In this document: positions 10,010 to 19,683 of the stretch, piece by piece
How the letters are laid out: every line of letters begins with the position of its first letter
How positions within the stretch are numbered: the first letter of the stretch is position 1
Source: Paecilomyces variotii
Taxonomy: Eukaryota
Direction: 5' to 3' (one strand)
Length of the DNA stretch: 64,000 nucleotides
Assembly: GCA_004022145.1 (NCBI GenBank)
Contig: RCNU01000002.1
Notes under the pieces: model-generated
Told to the model about the DNA's origin: nothing
Database searches by the model: none
The model's input: the letters and a program-made list of their open reading frames with translations, nothing else
Translations under genes and position numbers: made by a program

Positions 10010-13000
10010 ATGGGCTTGTTGATACACCTCAGTATCCTCAGTCAAGTGGCTGTATTAGCCGCTGCAGCTTCTTCCAGTCCCAGCGTTCGCGTGGCAGATC
10101 CTTATATTGCCTCGCAATGGAACGCCTGTCCTTCAACCTGCGAGAGCGCCAATCCCAATGACTGGGACTTGTACTCCAACCTGCGCGTCCTGAAATCATG
10201 CAATGAGCCAATGCTCCTCAATCTGGTGGTGAGCAATCCGACTGGGACAACGGATTCTAGTCTTCGTCAGCCGCTGTATGCCTGTTCCACGGCCAACGTG
10301 GACAATCTTGCTACCTCGAAAACCGCCAGTGCGTCAAGCGCAAGTGCCAGGCGGTACTCGACCAAGAATGTCCAGATGGAAACTGCGTGGCGGGGAGATG
10401 ACACAAGCCAGTACTCGTCTCACGCAGAGGTCGCAGCTCAACTTGTCCAGTCGCATTTGAATGCCCCTGCCAGTCAGAATGCTACCATTGCTATGGGCTA
10501 CTCGAACGGTGTCGTCGTCGGAGCGTTCATTGGCTCCAACATGGAGAAGGCCAATGGCGAGAACAAAAGTCTTCTGAATTCTTTCCTGACGAAGCTTCGT
10601 CAGGGAGAACTGAACAAGTCGGGCGTCATGATGCAGGTCTGTGACAGTGACCGTACGGCAGCGTACACGCTTGGTGTTGTCGCCGAAGCAAACGCAGACT
10701 ATGCTCAAGCTCTGGGCGCTGTGCGAGAGGCTCTTGCGACTTGGAATACTGGAAAATGCGTTTCTGGATACAGCGGGACTTCAACCTCCAAAATCTCAGT
10801 TAGCGAAGCCGAGGAGGACGACGAGGACGACATTACCCCTCCGAGAAATGGAACCAGCGCACATGTCCATGTTCATAGACGCTCGCACGGCAAGAGACTC
10901 CTCTCCGAAAAGCACCGCCGAGCAACCTGTACCGCGATTCGAGTCAATGACGGCGACAGCTGCAGCACGCTCGCAACCCGCTGCGGAATCTCCCCTGCCG
11001 ACTTCACAAAGTACAACCCGAGCAGCACGCTGTGCTCGTCCTTGCTTGCTGGACAGCATGTTTGCTGCTCTGCCGGAACGCTCCCGGATTATTCTCCGCA
11101 GCCGAATGCCGATGGGACTTGTGCAAGTTATACTGTCCAGAACAACGATTGGTGTAGTAAGATTGCTGCTGCTAATAGTATTACGGTTGATGATATCGAG
11201 GACTGGAATGAGAAGTCGTGGGGGTGGACGGGGTGTGATAATATTCAGGCTGGTGGTAAGTACAAAAAGCCCTGTACATGACGTTGGACTGATCCGATGA
11301 CTTATCTTCTTCAAACAGCCAACATCTGTGTCAGCAAGGGAGAGCCGCCAATGCCTTCTGTTCTGCAGAACGCTGTCTGCGGTCCTCAGAAGGCTGGGAC
11401 GAAGAGACCAGACAATTGGGATGACATCGAGAGTCTGAATCCTTGCCCTCTCAATGCCTGCTGCGATATCTGGGGGTAAGTAATCCAGTCAGTCCTCCTT
11501 TCCATCTATCGATCTAACATTAGACTTTCTTGATAGACAATGCGGTACTACTGCGGATTTCTGCACAAGAACAAACGTACGTCCCCGACTTTTATATTTA
11601 ATATTTACCTTTTTGTTTGGCAATAACTGACAGTTTGAACAGTCTACCACTGGCGCCCCTGGAACGGCGAAAGCTGGCACAAATGGATGTATCTCGAACT
11701 GCGGCACTGACATCGTTTACGACGATAGCGGCTTCGGTGATCATCCCGTGCTGGTTGGATACTATGAGGCCTTCCAGAACACTCGACCATGTTTGAATAT
11801 GGATGTGACAGCCATCAATAACACAGTCCAATGGGGTGGCCAACTTGGAAGCCATGCATCGACGTTCTCTCAGGCATGGGACCATATCCATTTCGCGTTC
11901 GCCAACATCACTGAATCATTCGAAGTCGATGTCTCCAGTGTTCAGGATGAGTTTGATGAGTTCAAAAAGTTCACATCCCCGGGCAAAAAGCCAAAAGTTC
12001 TGTCCTTTGGTGGGTGGTCATTTTCCACGGCCTTGGACTCCTACGCCATCTTTCGAAAGGGTGTCACGGATGAACAGCGTTCGTTGTTCGCGTCCAACGT
12101 CGCAAAGTTCGCGGATGATAATGACCTCGACGGGCTGGACTTTGACTGGGAGTACCCAGGCGCCCCTGATATTCCTGGGATTCCCGCGGGAGATCCAGGT
12201 GACGGTGCTCGATACCTTCAATTCCTGAAGGAGGTTCGGGATAAACTCTCCTCTGACAAGACGCTCTCGATCGCAGCGCCCGCCTCCTACTGGTACCTCA
12301 AGGGCTTCCCAATCGCGAATATCTCGTCCGTCGTCGACTACATCGTGTACATGACCTATGATCTGCACGGTCAGTGGGACTGGAACAATCCCTCGTCTGA
12401 TGATGGTTGCGACGGCAGTGCCTGTCTCCGGTCTCACGTCAACTACACCGAAATCGTGAATTCCTTGTCAATGATCACCAAGGCTGGAGTGCCTAACAGC
12501 AAGATCGTCGCGGGTCTAGCGAGCTACGGCCGGTCCTTTGGCATGGTCGACCCATCCTGCTACGGGCCCGAGTGCAAGTTCACTGGCCCGGATTCGGGAG
12601 CTATGCCTGGACGATGCACTCAGACACCGGGTTACATTGCAAATGCAGAGATCAATGAGTGGTTGCAAGGTGATCAGAACATCACGACGTACTTCGACGA
12701 GGTTAGCCGGTCGACAATCTCTTACTCTGCCAACGGAACATGGGTGGCTTACACAGACGACGATGAGAGAAATAACCGCATCACAGAATGGTGGTACGAC
12801 AGAACCGTCCTTGGAACCAGTCTCTGGGCAATCGACCTGACTGAATTCGTCGCCGAACTGCCAGATGGCACCGTGCTGCCTCCATCAACCCTAATCGACT
12901 GCGACCAAGTCTTCACCAGCCTAGACGACGTCGAGGCCGCTGCCGGTTCCATCCAGCCTGAGTGTATGAACCTGTACCTGATCCAGGCCTTGCAGAGCAA

Positions 13001-14012
13001 TCTCACCGCGTCGGTCTCGCAGTACCACGATGTCTTGAAAACAGACTACGATGAGAAATTCGGCTGGTACCAGGATGCTGTCAGAGAGCAGTTCCCTCTG
13101 TCTCTTCAGGCATTCCTGAAGGCCAACGCCTCCAATTACTTCGAGTGCACATCCCAGAGCATGGAGCCGTGGAGCGAAGAGCCAATAGGCAAGAACACGA
13201 GCTCTTCATGCCCATCCAATCCGAAGGACACGGGTTACGCAACCTTCTACTGGACCGCGACGGACAAAGACGGATTCTTGAACGACCTTGAAGAGACGAC
13301 TGGGATCACACCGGACCAGCTCCTATGGGAGATCGATGCATCCCATTGCGTGGACAGTCCGGACGTCTCACAACCGACGATATGCAGCGGCAGCAGAAAC
13401 ATCGGCATGCCGAACCTCCCGCCTGATTTCACAGTCAGCAACCCCAAGGATATCATCTCAGCTCGACTCCCAAACATCACGACCTTCGAGAACCAATCCA
13501 CGACCATCGTCTCACTCGCAAACAGCGATCTCTACCTCGGCGACACAATCGACGTCGTGGACGGTGCATCGCTCCTAGTCCTCATGGTTTCGAACTCCAT
13601 CGCAAGCATGAAAAGCGTCGAAAAAATCGGCACAGAATACCACAAGGAGCAAGTCGAGCAGGCTATTCTCCTCTTCGTCTCGGCCTTGCTGCTCCTGATC
13701 CCTGGACTCGGAGAGATTGCCGACTCCGTCGAATTGACCTCTATCGCTATCACGCTTAGAGCCATCGGTGCAGCCGGTGACGCAGGCTTTGGCATTTATG
13801 GCGTCGTGAGTGCCAAAGATGCCGGTGTTGGTGAGATCTTCCTTGCTCTTCTGGGTGGCCTGGGTATTTTGGATATGCTTAGAGCACCGGGGCTTTTTGC
13901 CAAAGCGGCCAAGGCCAGGAGGGCTATGGACGCTGGGGATATTGCAAAGTTGGGAAATGAGGTTAAGGGGGGAATTGCTCAGATTGACAAGTTAAAGCAG
14001 CTTTGTCATTAG
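10010..14012 (+). CDS. Killer-toxin-like (subgroup C) GH18 chitinase with 2 LysM + CBM18 domains and hydrophobic C-terminal beta-like region, about 1270 aa (exons 10010-11255, 11319-11475, 11537-11576, 11643-14012)
   Basis: Signal peptide; LysM (VNDGDSCSTLATRCGISPADFTKYN; VQNNDWCSKIAAANSITVDDIEDWN); hevein CPLNACCDIWGQCGTTADFC; GH18 SFGGW, DGLDFDWEYP, MTYDLHGQW, WAIDL. Three GT..AG introns keep the frame. Confidence 0.93.
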
Positions 14013-14279
14013 CCTGTATATAGTGTCTAAGTATATGGTGCATAGTTTTATCTGCTGCACGAGAAAAAAGCTCTGTTCAAATAGCAAGTTAGCCCTAGAT
14101 ATAGAACCTGTGCTATTCACTTCACTTGATAGGTATCCTATAGGATGTGAGCCAGATAAGAAATTAGGACATAAAGTTAGCCCTTAGATTAGCCAGTAGA
14201 ATATTGAATATAGACATGTAGCATTTGAATTTGTATTAAATCGCTATTTGTGTCAAGGATACAAGTAGCTGTCTGTCGG

Positions 14280-14303
14280 ATCACGTGGTCCTTTCCACGT
14301 GAT
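14280..14303. promoter_or_regulatory. Inverted repeat carrying two CACGTG E-boxes
   Basis: ATCACGTGG-tccttt-CCACGTGAT. Confidence 0.4.
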
Positions 14304-14821
14304 TATTGGTATGCCGTTCAATATAACGCCTTACAATTTGCATTTTGTATCTTTGAATTAGACGTATTTTAGTTTTAACTAAAACTGATTAAGAGAATAG
14401 GAGGAATCAGAATGCAGATATAATGTTAAGTTAATTTAGTTTGTTCCAAATAGTACAATTAGCTAAGATAGTAAAAAAGAAGCCACCTCCGGAGGTCTCG
14501 ACGTTTCCCCGGAGTCAACTCCTCCACCTCGGCTTCTCGATAATTCCCCTGACGCCTCTTAATTCTATTTATTTATTTGTCCTTCCTGGTACTTTTCCGC
14601 TACAAGAGAGTCATAACATCTCCCATACATCGTTTGCGCAACCCGTGCGAGTCCACCATCCAAAACCGACCCTGTCATTCATCTTCGGCTTCCCCGAACC
14701 TCTGCGGCATTTCAATCAAGCACTACTCGCCAGCGATGCGCGAACGATAGACAGCACATTTCCCGCTCCTCGCCTTCTGCCACGTACAATCTGCGAAGAG
14801 AGAGAAAGAGAGAGGACATTC

Positions 14822-15323
14822 ATGCACCCATTTTCCGTCCTGACTCTCGGGATCTTCGTAGCGGGCTACATCACCGCGCGGTGGGACCTTGTTACGCGCC
14901 TGTACGAGTTGGCCATCTTTGCGTGGGATCACGGAGTTGTTGTACGTTTTGTCCTCTTCGGGTGATTTGGGTTCTATGTGCGCCGTTGGATACGGGATAT
15001 CTATGTACTCGAGGAGGGAGGGGTTGGTTGTGGATCACAATGGGCTAATTCAGAGCTGGCGCAGACGCGAACGGCAAAGGGATTCGTGCTCCTGTCGGTG
15101 TTCTACTTCGTCTTGATTATACCGATTAATCGCATTGTGACGAGGGAGATTAATTTGGTGAGTTGCGACCTCGTGTCTCGTGACGTCGTCGACGCTTCGC
15201 GCGGTGATGTCGAGTTGGGGGTTGGTTGTACTGATCGTCTTTTGTGAATAATTGCAGCATCCACGGTCCGTCAGTCAGGGTATATCTGCGCGCGAGCAGC
15301 TACGGCGTCGAGGATCGTTCTGA
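14822..15323 (+). CDS. Small 92-aa membrane protein directly upstream of gpi1 (exons 14822-14941, 15065-15157, 15258-15323)
   Basis: MHPFSVLTLGIFVAGYITARWDLVTRLYELAIFAWDHGVV|TRTAKGFVLLSVFYFVLIIPINRIVTREINL|HPRSVSQGISAREQLRRRGSF*. Canonical donors GTACGT/GTGAGT, branch sites GCTAAT/CTGAT, CAG acceptors, both introns phase 0. Confidence 0.7.
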
Positions 15324-15361
15324 GTTGCGGTGGTTGTTCCATATAGAAGGAGGATGACAAT

Positions 15362-17777
15362 ATGCTCATGAGCGATGGGTTGTTGCGGGTGTTTTGGCCA
15401 TACGACCTGCCCCGGTCCACGTCGCCTGGGGTGATTGTGGGCTGGCGAAACTCGGAATTGGATATCTTTGTGCTGGGTGTGTTGGAAGATGTTGAGGTGC
15501 GTTTGTTGGAAAAGTATCTCTGATTTCCCGCAGGGTCTTGGGCTAACGGTACTCTCTTCGGTGTTGAAATAGCCCCGTAACGTTGAAAATGCCCTGCGCG
15601 CAGGTATCCTGTTTCGCAACAGTCCGCATCCCGTCTCACGACTATTTACACTTTGTGGGAGATCTGCTATGCATGTGCTTGGGTCGACGAATGCGAAGGA
15701 AAAGCCGACTACGTTTAATCCATCCCATCTCTATGTCACGACCGGACCGTCAATCAGGGTCCCACGCATATATTGTCCGCCAGAGACGAATATCGCCGTC
15801 CAGGTGATCATGTTTGACCGGCCCCATCCGACACGAATGCAATACATGTCGTTAAATCCGATCTCTTTGGCTTTGGGCGATAAACCTTCGACGGCGGAAA
15901 GGGATGGGACCGTACCGGATAGTGTCGATGCGGAGGAAGAGCGCGAAAAGCAACGGTCACGGAAACTAGTCGAGAAGTTGAAGCTTCACACGGTGGTCAG
16001 GCATGTTCCGTCTCAGAAAGAGCAAGCCCTTCCGGTGATATTGAACCAGGTTAACTGTGCCTTCGAGATGGGGAAACTCATGGAAAAGAATAGCGGCCTT
16101 GTCGGCACGAGGGCAAAGAGAAGTATGAGCATGGGAGAACGGGTGGTCGAATCTGCAACGACGTTATGGGATTTCTTTGTCCTTGGTATTGCCTACGTCT
16201 TTTGGCAGTGGCTCTGGCCTGTCATTACGAGAGCCTTCGTGATCGGGCTTGTCTGCCATCGTGCTGTTGCTGAGGTTGTCCTCCAGTTCCTGGAGTGGCG
16301 CGCTCGACCGGATGCAGCTGCGCTAAAAGACATATCTGCTACTGCGCAACAGGTTGATATTCGACTACAACAATTCTGCTACTGGCCTATCCAGTATACG
16401 AAACTTCGACAACGGAAGGACAATTGGGAAAGTGTGACGAACAGCCATCCAGACTACATTCGATTCTATAACAGCTTGTGGCTGGTCGCGAACGATGTGA
16501 TCATCGGCATTGCTCTGGGATCGTATATCATTGACAACGCGCACTGGGTCGCATTTCAGATCAACAATATCCTGAGCGGCTACACGGTAGAAGGCCTGCA
16601 GCGTACCATTTCATGGCTGATGGACTGGCCAGCGGGGTTGAAGCTTAACAACGAGCTGGCTGCCTTTCTGGGTGACCTTTTCTTATGGGTCATTGAACAT
16701 TGGGCAGGTAAGTTGTCCTGCCGAATTATTAGTGTGGGAGCTTTTCTGATCTGATGAGGAATATAGCATGCATCGCCAATCTCCAACCATACCTTCCGAG
16801 TGTGATCTATGTCATTGGCTGTTCCAGCTTCGCAGGTGCCAGCATGCCAATTGCGCTGTTCTCCGACCTCCTCTCTGTCCTAACAGTACACATCTACTCG
16901 TTTTATATTGCCTCTGCGCGCATCTTCAACTGGCAGCTCACCATCATCATATCTCTTTTCCACCTCTTCCGCGGAAAGAAGAGAAACGTGCTCCGGAACC
17001 GAATCGACTCCTGCGACTACGATCTCGATCAACTCCTGCTGGGCACGATCTTGTTCACTGTGTTGTTCTTCCTCCTACCAACAGTCATCGTATTCTACCT
17101 GACATTTGCCTCTGCGCGAATGTTAATAATCTCGTTGAAGGCGACTCTAGACACATGCCTTGCGTTCTTGAACCATTTCCCTCTCTTCGCGTTAATGCTT
17201 CGTATCAAGGATTCAAGACGCTTACCAGGTTCGTCTATCCTCTTGCCCTAGCCTTGTCGATTTTAAAAAGCCACTAACATTTTATTATTCAGGTGGCATC
17301 CAATTCGAGCTCTGCGAAGAACTCGATAAATCCTCTCCCACTCCTACCGTGATATCCTACATCCATCTTCAGGTAAACGCGGTCCCAAACATATCCAACA
17401 GCGACCTTGAGAAAGATATCCCTTTACTAACACACCATTAGTCCATCCCCCTCTCCCTCCGTGCCATGTTCGACCAGTACTTCCAACTAGGCCACCGCTT
17501 ACGGAAGCACTACCTCTCTCCAAGCGTCATTCTCTGCCTCGTCACCGGACGCTTCGTCCCGCCTATCCATCGTCGCAACCTCTACAGCATGCAATACAGC
17601 ATGTTGCCAGCACGCCGTGCCGGCATGGCAGAAGTATGGGCTCTATTAACAGGAAAGAAGAGTAGCGGAGCCGGCTCCGCTGGTGGGCCTGTTGTAGGAT
17701 TAGGTAGCGTAGGGAGTGGTATATTGAAGGTACCGAATGGATTTGGTAGTGGAGCTGGGAGGAGAGGACACCGGTGA
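15362..17777 (+). CDS. gpi1: GPI-GlcNAc transferase subunit Gpi1/PIG-Q (exons 15362-15496, 15573-16707, 16767-17228, 17293-17372, 17442-17777)
   Basis: LRVFWP..GVIVGW, QQVDIRLQQFCYWP, YNSLWLVANDVIIG, WLMDWPAGLKLNNEL, LFRGKKRNVLRNRIDSCDYDLDQLLLGTILFT. Confidence 0.93.
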
Positions 17778-18325
17778 TGAATTTATTCTCTATTCTATCC
17801 TATTCTCGAAGACCTTTTCTTTTCTACAGTTATATATATATTTATTTATTTCCGGTGCCAAATCTTAGAATATTAGGAATGTGATTTATGAGAGATAGAT
17901 GGTCGTCAGTTTATTACTATATTGTTGGCTAGAAAATTTGATAATTTGATATATAGGAAGTATCATTCTTAAAGAGTCCTTGAGTGTACCTTCCATAGGA
18001 GTTGTGTTAAGGCCATTCATTGTTTGAATATATTCAGCGAAGATAATAGATGTAAAAGGGATCCGGAACACTTCCAAAGTCTTATGCAATCTCCAGATCA
18101 TCATATATAGCTTGCAGGTACTTCCCTGCACGCGTAGACTCACGTGCACAAGGAAACAGTAGTGACAGGACAATGCACGTGCAAAGGAACAGGTTGTAAT
18201 ACATACAATCAAGAAAGGAGGCGGCTGTTAGGGGCAGAAACCAAAACAGCAGTCTCTTATAAGAGACAACACAACATCGCTCAGTCGCGCTTCAGACTCT
18301 GGTTCCACACACGCACAAACAAGAA

Positions 18326-18619
18326 ATGGCGCACGGCAAGTTCAGCATCGAAAACGACATCTTCCTTATCGCCATTTACATGGGCACTAGGCTTGGGTGG
18401 AGAAAAATCGAGGAGGATTTCCGCAGAAAATTTGGGACGCAGGCCACCTACAAGGACATTGAGTCTCGGTGGCACAAAAGGCTCAAGGACACCGACCTGG
18501 TTCTGGCGGTCGATGATTTCCGACACAGCGGAATCGTCAGAGAGGACTGTCATCGAGACGATATTCTCTCTGTTGTGGCAGTCTTGGCCGACTATTCGGC
18601 AGCAGAAAGGGTATTTTGA
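18326..18619 (+). CDS. Small 97-aa protein with Myb/SANT-like helix pattern
   Basis: ATG ORF about 70 nt after a TATAA. FS.ENDIFL...GWRKIEEDF.RKFG...T..DIESRW.K.LK resembles a fungal Myb-like repeat. Confidence 0.45.
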   Translation: MAHGKFSIENDIFLIAIYMGTRLGWRKIEEDFRRKFGTQATYKDIESRWHKRLKDTDLVLAVDDFRHSGIVREDCHRDDILSVVAVLADYSAAERVF

Positions 18620-19683
18620 ACAGTGACGAGGTGAGTAGCGTACTTCTTTCCCTGAGAAAGGCTTGCACCGCTATTTTTCCTTTCTCTTTCCTCTTTTCTT
18701 TTTTCTTCTATTTCTGTTCAAACGGACGTTCAGAGTGGAGATCCATTTGTTTCTGCAAAACGCGCTGCTCTTGTTTACATTATCATACATGGTTGGTAGC
18801 TAGGGGCACCAGTCGAGGGAGAAACAGATTGAAACGAGGCACGACTGCTATCGCTTCAGGTGCTCGGCATCGCTCTCGAGTCCGAGCCCTCGTGCCTCGT
18901 CCAGCATGCTGTCGATGCCTCGCTCTTTAAGAGCACCCTGTACGCACCGTCAGCGAGCTACATTGCGAGAAGAGAAAACTGGCAGATAGACAAACCGTCA
19001 GGCATTTCTTGTACTCGCTGAAGAGCTTTTCGCAGTCATCTGAAGCAGTCTTGCCACGGAGATACTCTGTTGATCGTCAGCAAGTCTGTCCCCTAGCGAC
19101 AATTGAAGATGTGCATGTTCTTACTCTCACTGTACCACTTCAAGAAGCAAGCATCATACTTTCTGTGCACAGATGGTCAGTTGGTTCAATAAATGGCAGT
19201 GTGCGGGAACTACATACTCCTTGATATTATTGCATTCTGGAGCAAGAGAGGCCGACATGATGGCAATGAAATGATGCAGATGAATGTGTGAAGATTGTCC
19301 TATATTACCCTCTCCCAGCACACGTACCTCCTACTAAGATGTACCGGCGATTTATGGGACACGGCTGACCTTTTTTTCGGTAGAGCAACGAGCAAGATAG
19401 ATGACGCCCGAAGGTGAGCAATGGATCTTGGTCCATGGACCTCATGTGCCTGGTCTAACCCTTTCCAGCTAGCCTGATCTCTCCGCCGGCCTCACATTTC
19501 TCCGGTATATCTTCTTGTTCCGCTTCAATGATAATATTTTTTTGTCGCATGCGACCAGCAGACAACAGGCTCACAACGTCTGCCTGGTCCTTTTCTGTCC
19601 TGTTTCTTCTCTGTTATTACAATTCTTGAGTTCTTTTCTGTTGTGCTTTGTTTCTTTAAGGTGCTCTTTTTACTCTGTCAACC

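Noticed and set aside
5321-14480. Transposon or Starship boundaries around the toxin cassette
   Set aside because: No transposase or tyrosine recombinase ORF, TIR, LTR or target-site duplication was found.
14441-14821. 174-aa ORF 14441..14965
   Set aside because: TTG start through promoter/UTR sequence. Only the part from ATG 14822 to the donor at 14942 looks coding.
19250-19370. ATGATG...CTGA motifs suggestive of a C/D snoRNA
   Set aside because: No terminal stem or recognisable rRNA-complementary guide; the motifs are too short to support a call.
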